From assembly GCA_019306065.1 (NCBI GenBank), contig JAFDMF010000008.1, positions 26,430 to 90,429 of the forward strand: a stretch of DNA of 64,000 nt. The letters are read 5' to 3'. The stretch comes from Deltaproteobacteria bacterium (GTDB lineage Bacteria; Desulfobacterota; Desulfobacteria; Desulfobacterales; JAFDMD01). Each line of letters begins with the position of its first letter. Position 1 is the first letter of the stretch. This document shows, piece after piece, positions 45,434 to 56,423 of the stretch. Below the pieces are notes generated by a model. The model saw only the letters and a program-made list of their open reading frames with translations. It had not been told where the DNA came from and searched no databases. Both the position numbers and the translations under genes were made by a program.

Positions 45434-47308
45434 ATGATGAAACTATCCAAACAACAGGCAGAAGCGGTTAAATATACAGACGGGCCCGCTCTTGTAGCGG
45501 CGGGAGCAGGCGCCGGCAAAACAGGAACTTTAACCGCAAAAATAGCATATCTTATAGCAAAAGGCTTAAACCCGAAACGGATACTTGGAATTACATTTAC
45601 CAATAAAGCCGCAGACGAAATGAAAACCAGACTTATAGAAATAACCGGAAGAGATCCGAAAGATTTTTTTTGGGTCCGAACCTTTCATTCCGCATCATAC
45701 CTTATTTTAAGGCAGCATTGCGAACTGCTTGGATATCAAAAACCGCTTCAAATAATAAACCTGTATCAACAGCAAAAAACAATAGAAGATATACTTAAAA
45801 AAGGAAATATAGACAAAAAATATGCAAAAAGCATGCTTGCCGAAATATCCAAGGCGAAAAACTCCTCATCCCCGGAAAAACATCTTGATCTGGCGCGCAA
45901 AAAATTTTCAGCGCCTATAACCGAAATATATGAACTCTATGAAAAATCATTAAAAGTGCAAAATTGCGTGGATTTCGACAACATACTTCTTATGACCCGA
46001 AACCTTTTACGCGATTTTCCGGAAATAAAAAAAAAATACCAAGAACTTTTTCAATACATACTTGTTGACGAATATCAGGATTCAAACGACATTCAAGAAG
46101 AATTAACCTCTCTTCTTTTAAAAGACGGACGGCTTTTTTGCGTAGGAGACGACTGGCAGGCGGTATATGGATTTAGAGGAAGTAATATAAATCATTTTCT
46201 TAACTTTACCCGAAAATATAAAAATGCAAAGATATTTAAACTGGAGCAAAACTACCGCTCTGCAGACAAAATAGTAAAAGTTGCCAACGGCATAATAAAA
46301 TTAAATGAAAACAAGATAGATAAAAAATGCTTTTCAAAATTAAAAGGAGGAGTAGTTAAAATATACGAGTATGCAGACGAAGAGGAAGAAGCCGCAACAA
46401 TAGCTCAAAAAATTAAAAAATTCCATCATTACCAAGGCAAAACAACCTCGTACGACAAGTTTGCGGTTATTTATAGAACAAGATTCTGCTCTCTTGCATT
46501 TGAAAAAATATTTAGAATCTATAATATACCGTATAAAATGGTAGGCGCTCTAGGTTTTTTTGAAAGAAAAGAGATATTGGATATATTATCATACCTTCAA
46601 TCCGCAGTTTTTATTAAAGACAACGCCTCTTTTTTACGAATAATCAATACCCCAAAACGCGGAATAGGACCCGCTTTATTAAAAAAAATAGAAGATAACA
46701 GACCCGAGGAAGCAAGCCTGCAAGAAACTGTAAAAGAATTGCTCGGGCGCGAGCAAAAAATATTTACTCCCAAAATAGAAAAAGAACTTACAAACTTAAT
46801 AAAGCTTCTTGACAATATAACCAAAATGCCTCCAAAAGATGCCATAACCGAAATAATGATACAAACAAACTATAAAGAGCATCTAAAACAATACGTTCAA
46901 AATAATGATGCAGATTATACGGCAAAAATCGAAAATATAGACCAGCTGATATACTCTGCGGCTCAAAACGGAAACCTTGAAGATTTTTTGGAAGAAGCCA
47001 CCTTAATAAAAGAGGATAAAAATCAAGATAACGCCGAAGATACGGCAAAAGTTAATCTTTTAACAATACACGCAGCAAAAGGGCTCGAATTTCATACGGT
47101 ATTTATAATAGGATGCGAAGAAAACCTGCTTCCCCATTGGAAATCCATAAATTCGGACAAAGAGCTTTCCGAAGAGCGGAGGCTTATGTATGTTGCGGCG
47201 ACAAGAGCAAAATATAACCTATACCTTTCCTGCGCAGATTATCGCAAAGGGCAGTTTAACCCGAAAAGCAGATTTTTATATGAGATTCAAAAAAGTGGAA
47301 TAGTTTAG
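45434..47308 (+). CDS. UvrD/PcrA/Rep-family ATP-dependent DNA helicase
   Basis: AGAGAGKTGTL (motif I), ITFTNKAA, VDEYQDSN, QNYRS, HAAKGLEF and YVAATRA. Confidence 0.93.
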   Translation: MMKLSKQQAEAVKYTDGPALVAAGAGAGKTGTLTAKIAYLIAKGLNPKRILGITFTNKAADEMKTRLIEITGRDPKDFFWVRTFHSASYLILRQHCELLGYQKPLQIINLYQQQKTIEDILKKGNIDKKYAKSMLAEISKAKNSSSPEKHLDLARKKFSAPITEIYELYEKSLKVQNCVDFDNILLMTRNLLRDFPEIKKKYQELFQYILVDEYQDSNDIQEELTSLLLKDGRLFCVGDDWQAVYGFRGSNINHFLNFTRKYKNAKIFKLEQNYRSADKIVKVANGIIKLNENKIDKKCFSKLKGGVVKIYEYADEEEEAATIAQKIKKFHHYQGKTTSYDKFAVIYRTRFCSLAFEKIFRIYNIPYKMVGALGFFERKEILDILSYLQSAVFIKDNASFLRIINTPKRGIGPALLKKIEDNRPEEASLQETVKELLGREQKIFTPKIEKELTNLIKLLDNITKMPPKDAITEIMIQTNYKEHLKQYVQNNDADYTAKIENIDQLIYSAAQNGNLEDFLEEATLIKEDKNQDNAEDTAKVNLLTIHAAKGLEFHTVFIIGCEENLLPHWKSINSDKELSEERRLMYVAATRAKYNLYLSCADYRKGQFNPKSRFLYEIQKSGIV

Positions 47309-47365
47309 ATGCTTAAAAATAACAGATTGTAAAAACAGAATATTTATTACGGTATATCTTTAACT

Positions 47366-48883
47366 TTAAAAGCGTGAGGATATATTTTCTGAAGTTGAAT
47401 ATAATTTTGCATGTTCTGCAATCGCAAAATCATCTGTCATGCTTGAAATAAAATCACAAATTACTCTGATAAGATGTTTTTTCATCGGTTTGCTTTCGTC
47501 CGATGAATAATATGTTTTGTCCAACCAATTTCTCTTTTCGCCAATCGTTTTTTCACTAATATTTTTTTTATCAGAATAGAATTGTTCAAAAAGTTGTTCT
47601 ATCTTACTATTGCTCAGCTGTTGAGGGTTTGACAAATATGCTTTTGCTAATTGACGTATAATAAATTTTGCTTTCCCATCCATTCTTTGTACTTCATAAG
47701 AATTTAAAATCAAATTTTTTAAGTTATCTTTTAAGTTAGAAGAACTCTTCTCTAACTCCGAATTATAAGATATAATTTTATCGATTTTAATCTTACCGCT
47801 ACTACTCGAAAATTCATCGCCTAAATTTAATGTTGGATATAACTTTTCAAAGTCTTTTTTTGACTTAATCTTATAATATTTAATAAAACATTGAATATTA
47901 TTACAAGAATTTTCAATTCAGGAACGATTTAAATATCCGACAACCAACTTTGATAGTTTTGAAATAGCAAATCGTGTTTCACTTTTTTTTATACTGTTAA
48001 ATATTTTTTTTTCTTCTTGGGTAAAATATGGGTATAAGAATTCTTTAATTAACTCTAATATCTCATCAATCTTTATTACATTTGCAATAAGTCCGTCCTC
48101 AATGTCATGGTGTCTCTGAGCGATTTCATCAGCATATTTAACAAGCAAACCCTCAAAACTCCATGCCTCACGCCCTTCGTCTTTAATCTGCAACATCTTA
48201 TTATATTGATTATAAAATTTATTGTTTAATACTATTTCATTTTCATTTTTCTTATTGATATATTTACATTTTCCTTCTTCTTTATTTCTATTCTGAGTAT
48301 ATTTACATTTTCCATTAATTGCATATATACATTTTTTCCAAATATCTCCCGTATGATTTTTTATGCCCCATAAAGTAAAGTTTGATAAATTAATTCCTTT
48401 AAATGTATCATAGAGATCGGTTAGTTCGGCAGCGAGTCTTACTCCCTGTAAGTTATGCTTAAATCCCATCTCTTCTTCATCTAACTGTATGGATAAATCG
48501 CTTAAGGAATCACAATTTGTAGCTATTAAATTTAATACTCTCTCGCCCGTATGACCGAATGGGGTGTGTCCTATATCATGACCTAATGCAATCGCTTCCG
48601 TAAGGTCTCTATCTATCCCTAAAGCCGTTGCTGAAAGTGTTGCAATTTGAGCAACTTCTAATGAATGCGTAAGGCGGGTTCTGACGTGATCGTCAAAAGC
48701 AGGAAGAAATATCTGCGTTTTTCGGCTCAACCTTCTAAAAGGTTTTGAGTAAAGAATACGATCTCTATCCCGTATAAAATCATTTCTATATTTACTGTTC
48801 GAAATATTTTCATTGCTACTACGCAAAATATATTTAGAAGGCGCCCATATATAACCTTTTTGAATTTTTTTACATTTTTTCAT
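47366..48883 (-). pseudogene. dGTPase-like dNTP triphosphohydrolase (HD domain) interrupted by one in-frame TGA
   Basis: The N-terminal ORF (47918..48883) has RDRDRILYS, FRRL..KTQ and RLTHSLEV...LGHDIGHTPFGH. After the TGA at 47918-47920 the same frame stays open to 47366, ending in the family C-terminal motif CDFISSMTDDFA. Confidence 0.75.
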
Positions 48884-48900
48884 AAAAATACCCCGCTTAT

Positions 48901-51075
48901 CTATCCCATATCCTCATAACCTTTAACCAAAACCTCTCTCGGTTTTACTCCGTCTGCGGGACCTATTACCCCTTCTTGTTCCATTACTTCTATTATGCGG
49001 GCAGCCCTGTTGTATCCGATTCTCAAATGTCTTTGCACCATTGATATTGAGGCTGTTCCGGCTTTTGCAACAAGCGCTACCGCCTCGTTATATTTTTCGT
49101 CATATTCGGTTTGAGCGTTATCCGCATTGTTTTTTTTCGTAGGTTTTAGGATATTTTTATCATAATCCGGCGCGCCCTGCTTTTTAAGATAAACTACTAT
49201 TCTTGTTATTTCCGCCTCCGAAATGTATGCTCCGTGTATTCTTTGGAGTTTTCCGGTTGAAGGGGGCATAAATAGCATGTCTCCGTTTCCGAGTAGGTTT
49301 TCGGCTCCGTTTGCGTCTATGATTGTTCGGGAATCTGTTTTGGAGGATACTTGAAAAGTCATTCTTGTAGGAAAGTTTGCCTTTATAACTCCTGTTAAAA
49401 CATCAACGGACGGTCTTTGGGTAGCAAGTATTATGTGTATTCCGGCTGCCCTTGCCATTTGAGCAAGTCTTGCAAGAGAAACTTCCACCTCTTTTGAAGC
49501 TACCATCATTAAATCTGCAAGCTCGTCTATTATAATAACTATTTGAGGAAGCGGCTCGAGCTGTTTCTCCTCCTCTTTTTTTATTTCTTGGTTTTTCGAT
49601 TTTATGATTTCTTTTATTTTTTTGTTGTATCCGGCAAGGTTTCTCGCATTGCTTTGCGCGAGTAGTTCGTAGCGTCTTTCCATTTCCCGAACAGCCCAGC
49701 AAAGAGCGTTTGTAGCCTTTTTTACGTCTGTTACAACAGGCACTATAAGATGGGGTATTCCGTTGTAATCGGATAGCTCTATTCTTTTTGGATCTATCAT
49801 TATCATGCGGACTTCTTCGGGCGAAGCTTTGTATAGTATGCTTGTTATCATTGTATTTAACGCTACGCTTTTGCCGGAGCCTGTCGCGCCCGCAATAAGA
49901 AGATGCGGCATTTTGTCAAGCTGGGCTACTATGGGTTCGCCCGCTATATTTTTTCCCAAACATAATGTAAGCTTTGATTTTGAGTCTATAAATTTTTGAG
50001 AGGTTGATATTTCCTTAAAATATACGGTTTCTCTTTTGTTGTTGGGGATTTCTATTCCTATTACGGCTCTGCCGGGTATGGGAGCCACAATTCTTATGCT
50101 TATGGCGCTAAGCGCAAGCGCAAGATCATCGCTTAGATTTGCTATTTTATTTATTTTTACGCCGGGCGAGGGTTCATATTCAAATGTTGTAATAACGGGT
50201 CCGGGATTTATGGCGGTTACTTTGCCGGTTACTCCGAAATCGTTCAGTTTTTTCTCAAGTAGTTTCGCTTGCATGGAAAGGTTGTTTTCATCTATTTGAG
50301 TCTTGCTTTTTTCTATCATGTCAAGAAGGTTAACGGAGGGCAGACTAAACTTTGCCTCTTCTGCGGCAAATTGAAAAACTTCCTGTTTTAACGCCGGTTT
50401 TTGATTGAAAACCGGTTGTTCGATTTTACCGGCGGGGCTGTTTATTTTAACCTGTTCGGCATCTTGCCCTTCGCTTTTTCTTTGGGCAATACGCTTTGCT
50501 TTTTTCCTACGTTCGGAATGTTTTATTAAAGATGTATCTATCTTTACCTTTTTTGTTTTTACAAAACTAATAATTGCTTTATAAGCTTTGATTATGGAAC
50601 AACCTGTGGCAAGTATAAAACCGGCTGTCCATAATAATAAAAATATTATTATAGCGCCGGCTGTATTGGCGTATTGAACAAAAAAAGCCCGAAACGCCAT
50701 TCCTACTATTCCGCCGGAGGCAACTTTTGTCCCGAATATAATATAATTGTCTTTTAAAACGGAAAAAATTGCTCCGGTCATTATTATAAGGATTATTCCG
50801 CCCGCAATTGACGTAGCTGCGGAAATATTTTTTTTTTTCAAAAAATTAATCCCAGCCAAAAGAAGCAGCGGCGGGATCAAAAAAGCGCCGATTCCAAAAA
50901 GCCCTATTAAACCGCCTGCAAGATATGCCCCGAATATTCCGAATATATTGTTTATATTTCCGGAAATCTCCTTTGCATTGTTTAAACAAGGATCCGAACC
51001 GCTGTAAGAAAGCAGGCTTAAAGAACTTAATATTACAAGAAAAAAAAGTAGAATGGCGTATAATTCTTTTCGCAT
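48901..51075 (-). CDS. ftsK: DNA translocase FtsK/SpoIIIE
   Basis: N-terminal TM helices, GATGSGKS Walker A, IIIDELADL Walker B and a C-terminal gamma winged-helix (SISMVQRHLRIGYNRAARI). Confidence 0.95.
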   Translation of the reverse strand: MRKELYAILLFFLVILSSLSLLSYSGSDPCLNNAKEISGNINNIFGIFGAYLAGGLIGLFGIGAFLIPPLLLLAGINFLKKKNISAATSIAGGIILIIMTGAIFSVLKDNYIIFGTKVASGGIVGMAFRAFFVQYANTAGAIIIFLLLWTAGFILATGCSIIKAYKAIISFVKTKKVKIDTSLIKHSERRKKAKRIAQRKSEGQDAEQVKINSPAGKIEQPVFNQKPALKQEVFQFAAEEAKFSLPSVNLLDMIEKSKTQIDENNLSMQAKLLEKKLNDFGVTGKVTAINPGPVITTFEYEPSPGVKINKIANLSDDLALALSAISIRIVAPIPGRAVIGIEIPNNKRETVYFKEISTSQKFIDSKSKLTLCLGKNIAGEPIVAQLDKMPHLLIAGATGSGKSVALNTMITSILYKASPEEVRMIMIDPKRIELSDYNGIPHLIVPVVTDVKKATNALCWAVREMERRYELLAQSNARNLAGYNKKIKEIIKSKNQEIKKEEEKQLEPLPQIVIIIDELADLMMVASKEVEVSLARLAQMARAAGIHIILATQRPSVDVLTGVIKANFPTRMTFQVSSKTDSRTIIDANGAENLLGNGDMLFMPPSTGKLQRIHGAYISEAEITRIVVYLKKQGAPDYDKNILKPTKKNNADNAQTEYDEKYNEAVALVAKAGTASISMVQRHLRIGYNRAARIIEVMEQEGVIGPADGVKPREVLVKGYEDMG

Positions 51076-51116
51076 TTTTTATTTTATATCTCAGTATCTT
51101 TGTATCTGTATTTCGC

Positions 51117-52766
51117 TCACACCTCAATAATAAACGGATATATCGCAGGTCTTCTTTTTATTGTATATACAAAATATTGTCTTAAAGCTCTTTTTAATTT
51201 TTCCTGAAGCTTTTGGATTCTATTTTCAACGCCATAATTTATCTCCTCTACTATTTCCAAAATAACGCATTGAGCATCTTCTAACAAATACCCTGTTTTC
51301 ATAGGAAATACAAAGCCTTTTGAAAATATTTCGGGTCCGTAAATTATTATGCCTGTCTCTTCGTCCAACGCCATTGTTACTATTACAAATCCGTCTTCGG
51401 ATAAAATCCGCCTTTCTCTTAAAACGCTGCTGCCTACGTCCCCTACCCCTTTACCGTCTATAAGAACTCTGCCCGTAGCTATTTTTTCCGTAAGTTTCCC
51501 TTCATTATTATCAAATTCTATAACCTGTCCGTTTTCGGCAAGCAATATACAATCTCTGGCAATCCCCATATCTTTTGCCAGCTTTGAATGAAGAACAAGG
51601 TGTCTGTATTCTCCGTGTATAGGTATAAAATATTTCGGCTTTACAAGACTTATCATTAATCTGAGCTCTTCTTTAAAAGCATGTCCTGAAACGTGTATTT
51701 CGGATATTTTTTCGTATATTACGTCCGCTCCTCGTCTGTAAAGATTACTTATTATCTTTGTAATTGCCCTTTCGTTGCCGGGTATAAATTTAGAAGATAA
51801 TATTATTGTATCTCCCGTTGTTATTTTTACCTGCTTATGAATTCCGGCAGACATTCTTGCCAAAGAAGACATCGGCTCGCCTTGGCTTCCGGTTGTTATT
51901 ATTATTACTTTATCTTGGGGATAATTATCTATTTCGTCAACAGTTATCTCCGCATCTTCGGATATATTTATATAACCGAGCTCTTTTGCTATACTTACGC
52001 TTGTTTCTAAACTAAAACCATTAAATACTGTTTTCCTTCCATATTTTTCGGCTATCTCTACTATTGCCGCAATTCTGTTTATATTTGACGCAAAAAGAGC
52101 CACTATTACTCTGCCGGTAGTTTTTTTGATAATATCTTCCAACTTATCCGCAATCTCTTGGCGAGATATTGTATAGCCTTCCTTTTCTACGTTAGTAGAA
52201 TCGGAAAGCAAAGCAAGAACCCCTTTTTTTCCGAGTTCTGCAAATTTGTTAATATCCGTTTCTTTATTATTTAAGAATCTGTGATTGATTTTAAAATCTC
52301 CGGTATGCACTATAAGCCCTACCGGAGTATGAATCGCTATTCCTACGCCGTCTATAACGCTGTGGCTTACTCTTACAAATTCCAGTTTGAACGGACCTAT
52401 TTTTAATTCTTCGTTTATATCTATTTCATAAAGCTCCGCAGTATTTAAAATCTGATGCTCGGATAACTTATGCCGAATCAACCCGAGAGTAAACGGAGTT
52501 GCAAATATGGGAACATTAACTCTCTTTAAAAGATACGGGATCGCTCCTATATGATCTTCGTGTCCGTGAGTTAAAACTATAGCGGCTATTTTAGATTTGT
52601 TCTGCTCAATATAATCCATTTTCGGAATAACTATATCAACCCCTATCATATAATCTTCCGGAAACATAAGCCCCGCGTCTATTATAAAAATAGAATTTTC
52701 ATATTCAAAAAGCATCATATTCAAGCCGATCTCGCCAAGACCGCCGAGAGGAATTATTTTTAACAT
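51117..52766 (-). CDS. rnj: Ribonuclease J
   Basis: LTHGHEDHIG, beta-CASP region, HVSGHA and C-terminal domain. Confidence 0.95.
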   Translation of the reverse strand: MLKIIPLGGLGEIGLNMMLFEYENSIFIIDAGLMFPEDYMIGVDIVIPKMDYIEQNKSKIAAIVLTHGHEDHIGAIPYLLKRVNVPIFATPFTLGLIRHKLSEHQILNTAELYEIDINEELKIGPFKLEFVRVSHSVIDGVGIAIHTPVGLIVHTGDFKINHRFLNNKETDINKFAELGKKGVLALLSDSTNVEKEGYTISRQEIADKLEDIIKKTTGRVIVALFASNINRIAAIVEIAEKYGRKTVFNGFSLETSVSIAKELGYINISEDAEITVDEIDNYPQDKVIIITTGSQGEPMSSLARMSAGIHKQVKITTGDTIILSSKFIPGNERAITKIISNLYRRGADVIYEKISEIHVSGHAFKEELRLMISLVKPKYFIPIHGEYRHLVLHSKLAKDMGIARDCILLAENGQVIEFDNNEGKLTEKIATGRVLIDGKGVGDVGSSVLRERRILSEDGFVIVTMALDEETGIIIYGPEIFSKGFVFPMKTGYLLEDAQCVILEIVEEINYGVENRIQKLQEKLKRALRQYFVYTIKRRPAIYPFIIEV

Positions 52767-53047
52767 TTTTAACCTTTTTTATAATAAGTTGATCGAAAAT
52801 TAAAAAAAATTAATCTTCGCTTTACATCTATGCAAAATAAAATATTTTTCTATAACAAATAAATAAAACAAATCTTAAACCGTAAAAATTCGGTATAAGT
52901 TACAACTTATTATAAAGATAAAAATAAAAATTTCAATGTTTTTGTGTATCTGTTACTTTATTAATATAATTTCCGTAAAAAACCCCTTTGTTTTACCCAA
53001 CGCTTAAAATCAAGTAAAAGAAGACGTTTTTATACGAAAACTATAAA

Positions 53048-53383
53048 CTATGTAATGACGCTAATCTGATTAAATGTAGAATCAACATAATCTATTAGCC
53101 AATCCCGCTGTTTTTTATCCGCATATCTTATGCAGCCGCATCTTATTTTATTTTTTGCTCTTACCAAAAACTCAAACGACGCGCTCTGACTATCAAGTTC
53201 AACCGCAAAATAAAAGGGACCGCATTCCGATGCATGCTCTTTCTGCTCGTCAGACAACAGATTGTCATCTAAAAAAATTCTGTATATTCCCTCTATACAA
53301 TTATCATTATGAAATTCTTCCATATGCGATCTGATTTTACAATAATCTTCCACTCTAAGTTCGTCTATTGTGTATTGTTTCAT
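53048..53383 (-). CDS. Hypothetical protein (111 aa)
   Basis: Clean ORF downstream of and co-oriented with the methylase. No motif recognised. Confidence 0.45.
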   Translation of the reverse strand: MKQYTIDELRVEDYCKIRSHMEEFHNDNCIEGIYRIFLDDNLLSDEQKEHASECGPFYFAVELDSQSASFEFLVRAKNKIRCGCIRYADKKQRDWLIDYVDSTFNQISVIT

Positions 53384-53407
53384 TGTTTTCTTCCCTAACG
53401 CCGAAAT

Positions 53408-54475
53408 TTATGCAGTTCTGTACAACAGATTTTCACATGTTTGTTCAATGTCCATAAACTCATATCCCTGTTTTGCGATAAAAAGATTACCGGAAATTGT
53501 TTTAAGTTTTTCAACCGCAGCCTTTACGGCATATTCGGATTGATCTACTCCTATCCATTTTCGCCCGTTTATTTGAGCCAATTTAAGCGTTGTTCCGGAA
53601 CCGCAAAAACAATCTAAAACTATGCTGTCCGGATTAGAAGAAGTTCGAATAATTAAATCTAATAATTCCGAATTTTTTTCCGTAGGATAAACCGGATATT
53701 GAGGGTCTTTATATTTCCAAACATCTTGAACTCTTTTGCCTTCTCTTTCTTCTGCAAAAATTATTTTTCTCGGATTTCCGGTTGAAGACCGCTCAATCAA
53801 TCCTTCTTTATCCCATTGTTCCATCGTTTCAACATCTGTCCGCCAATGTCTGCCTTTAGGAGGCTTTATTCCTTTAAACGGCTGCCCCGATCTTCCGTTT
53901 TCCGTTTCTCCGGGAGCATGAAGCGGCACGGTTGTATATTTTCTTCCTTGTTTGTCTGTTTTGGAAAATAATTTTTCAATATCTTTTTCGGTATATTTTT
54001 CTTTCGGCTCGTTCCATATAGCTTTTGAAGTTTTTGTGTAAAAAAGAATAAGGTCTTTAATATTGCCGTAACCAAGTCTCGCAAAGTTTTTGGGATTACA
54101 TTTAATTCTTGTAATATCGTTTCTAAAATTTTCTATACCAAAAACCTCGTCCATCATTACTTTTACATAATGCCCGATTTTATAATCGGCGTGTAAATAA
54201 ATAGAGCCTTGTTCCGATAACAACTCTTTAAGCAGAATTAACCTTTTTTTTAAATACTTTATAAAATCGCTGCCTATAAGTTTGTCGGCGTATGCAATAT
54301 CTCCGTTTTTTGAATTGCTGATAGTAGAAGCCCTGCCATCCGTAATTGTGAAGTTTCCGTTTGTCGCAAACGGGGGATCAATATATATCAAGTCAATTTT
54401 TCCTTTTAAGCTTCTATCTTTTATCAGATAATTAAGAGCATAAATATTATCCCCTTTAATCAGTAAATTTTTCAC
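53408..54475 (-). CDS. Beta-class N6-adenine/N4-cytosine DNA methyltransferase
   Basis: Motif IV IYIDPPF is near the N-terminus and motif I DCFCGSGTT near the C-terminus (circularly permuted beta order). Confidence 0.9.
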   Translation of the reverse strand: MKNLLIKGDNIYALNYLIKDRSLKGKIDLIYIDPPFATNGNFTITDGRASTISNSKNGDIAYADKLIGSDFIKYLKKRLILLKELLSEQGSIYLHADYKIGHYVKVMMDEVFGIENFRNDITRIKCNPKNFARLGYGNIKDLILFYTKTSKAIWNEPKEKYTEKDIEKLFSKTDKQGRKYTTVPLHAPGETENGRSGQPFKGIKPPKGRHWRTDVETMEQWDKEGLIERSSTGNPRKIIFAEEREGKRVQDVWKYKDPQYPVYPTEKNSELLDLIIRTSSNPDSIVLDCFCGSGTTLKLAQINGRKWIGVDQSEYAVKAAVEKLKTISGNLFIAKQGYEFMDIEQTCENLLYRTA

Positions 54476-54486
54476 AACTTCCTTCC

Positions 54487-55269
54487 TTATAGTTGATATA
54501 AAAACTCTCGCAATACTAACGCGCTCATAATATTATAATCTTTATAACGCTCGGTTAGCAATTTATACATTTTATTATTCCCTTTAATATAAAGAACCCC
54601 GTCTAACACGGCAATCTTTATTGCCTTCACCCCTTTTGTTTCAATCATATTTATAGCGTCGTTAAACTGCGCATTCTGATATCCGCCGAAATCGGTAAGA
54701 AACTTTGCCTCTCCTATAACATATTTGCCATTAAACCTCGCCGCAAAGTCAAGTCCTTTATTATGATTGTAGTCCAAATTATTCTTTGCAAAATTCATCA
54801 TTGCATTATCGCTTGCGTCTAAAATAGCGTCATTATTATTTGCAATAAATTCAGATAAATCAACGGGCGTAATCCCAAGAGATTTTTTTCTTAACCAACC
54901 TCTAAACATCGGACCAATCTGCCGATTAGTCTCTTTGGGTTCGCTGCATCGCTCAAAAATCTTATTAAGTCCCATTTCATAAAGTCTGCCGCAAATACGA
55001 TTTATAGTTCTCGGGTTTCTATCAATTGCGGATTTATCCCTTCTTAAATATGCAACATAGCTATCCTTTATCGGAAAAAGTTCAAGTTTTAAAAGTTCTC
55101 CGAACAAAGCGTCGTTATTTTTACAATTAAAGTGTTTTTCAACGTCCGTCCATATTTCTTTGTTAATATCTCTTATGCCTTCAGGAATTGTCGGATATAC
55201 ATGAAACAGATCGTCAAGATATGATCTTTGATTTGCATACTCTATGCTTAATTTAAGCCAACGATTCAT
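54487..55269 (-). CDS. Putative Type II restriction endonuclease partner of the beta-class methylase
   Basis: 260-aa ORF 11 nt upstream of the methylase, same strand. GGGGA lies 8 nt before the ATG. Assignment rests on context only. Confidence 0.45.
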   Translation of the reverse strand: MNRWLKLSIEYANQRSYLDDLFHVYPTIPEGIRDINKEIWTDVEKHFNCKNNDALFGELLKLELFPIKDSYVAYLRRDKSAIDRNPRTINRICGRLYEMGLNKIFERCSEPKETNRQIGPMFRGWLRKKSLGITPVDLSEFIANNNDAILDASDNAMMNFAKNNLDYNHNKGLDFAARFNGKYVIGEAKFLTDFGGYQNAQFNDAINMIETKGVKAIKIAVLDGVLYIKGNNKMYKLLTERYKDYNIMSALVLREFLYQL

Positions 55270-55559
55270 TAGCGTCCCCCATTTTTTTACGTCCGGAATT
55301 AAAAATATCGGATAGAACCGCTCCGCCCTCTCGTTTTATTTTTTTAAGATAATCTTTTGTAAGCATTATCTCCCTCTCTTAATATATGGTTTGATTTTTT
55401 TTATTTAAAATCGTTTATTAATAGGTCTATTACAAAACCGATATACCAATTTTACGCAATAATGTCTTTAGATTTTTTAAAAAGAATAAACCGCTTGCAG
55501 TCCGTTTATAAAAGCATTATTCTTTACGTCAAAATTTTATAACGGAAAAAATAATTACT

Positions 55560-56228
55560 ATGACTTTATCATTTAATTCAATAATAGAAGACGCTCGGGA
55601 AAGTTTAAGCTTTTTAAAAGAGATCGGCTGCAATAATTTTGAATGCTCCGAAAACAGCTTAAAAATAATAGAAAAATGGAACTTTAAAAAATTAAAGTCG
55701 GAAATTGCTTTATGCAATAAATGTAAAACCGCTCAAAACCGCAAAAATATAGTATTCGGAGAAGGCGCCTTTAATGCAAAACTTATATTTATAGGAGACG
55801 CTCCGAAAATTGAAGAGGAAAAAACAGACAGACCTTTAACAGGCGAGGCGGGAATACTTTTAAATAAGATAATATCGGCTATGGGACTTTCGTTGGAAAC
55901 CGTCTATATTTGCAACATTCTTAAATGCAAAACAGACAAAAATATAAAAAACTGCGAAGAAGAAATAAAAAACTGCCTTCCTTTTTTAAAAAACCAGATA
56001 AAAAAGATAAATCCCCAAATTATATGCACACTCGGAACAGAAGCTTCCAAAGCGCTGTTAAATACTAAGGCTGGCATAACCGCTTTAAGAGGAAAATTTC
56101 ATAATTACTACAAAATCAAAGTGATGCCTACTTTTCACCCTGCCGAACTTATTGAAAATGAAAATAAAAAGCGTTATGTATGGGAAGATATGAAAAAAGT
56201 TATGGCGATTATAAACCAGCCTCGCTGA
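55560..56228 (+). CDS. Family 4 uracil-DNA glycosylase
   Basis: GEGAFNAKLIFIGDAP, ICNILKC and FHPA. N-terminal Cys residues are consistent with the 4Fe-4S type. Confidence 0.85.
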   Translation: MTLSFNSIIEDARESLSFLKEIGCNNFECSENSLKIIEKWNFKKLKSEIALCNKCKTAQNRKNIVFGEGAFNAKLIFIGDAPKIEEEKTDRPLTGEAGILLNKIISAMGLSLETVYICNILKCKTDKNIKNCEEEIKNCLPFLKNQIKKINPQIICTLGTEASKALLNTKAGITALRGKFHNYYKIKVMPTFHPAELIENENKKRYVWEDMKKVMAIINQPR

Positions 56229-56272
56229 TAACAACCGAATTTAAACCAAAAAAAATAATTATAAAAAAGCCC

Positions 56273-56403
56273 GTTGTATAACAAAATATTTTGTTCGTTT
56301 TCAAGGCATACAAAAATTTTAACCGCATCAATACTTTGAGTATTTCGAATATTAAAATCTGATCATAACGCTTCAAAACGAGCAAAATACTTTGTTATAC
56401 AGC
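56273..56403. repeat. Family A palindromic MITE-like element, copy 3
   Basis: gttgtataacaaaatattttg ... caaaatactttgttatacagc termini (2 mismatches in 21) and central aatactttgagtatt. Aligns along its length with 8147-8284. Confidence 0.75.
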
Positions 56404-56423
56404 AGGCTGGAAAGAAAAAGACT

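Noticed and set aside
55253-55366. 37-codon minus-strand ORF (MLTKDYLKKIKREGGAVLSDIFNSGRKKMGDANESLA) with a GGGAG-type RBS, overlapping the start of the putative endonuclease
   Set aside because: It is too short for a helix-turn-helix controller protein and has no recognisable motif. The endonuclease has its own GGGGA site. It is noted as a possible leader ORF, but the evidence is insufficient.
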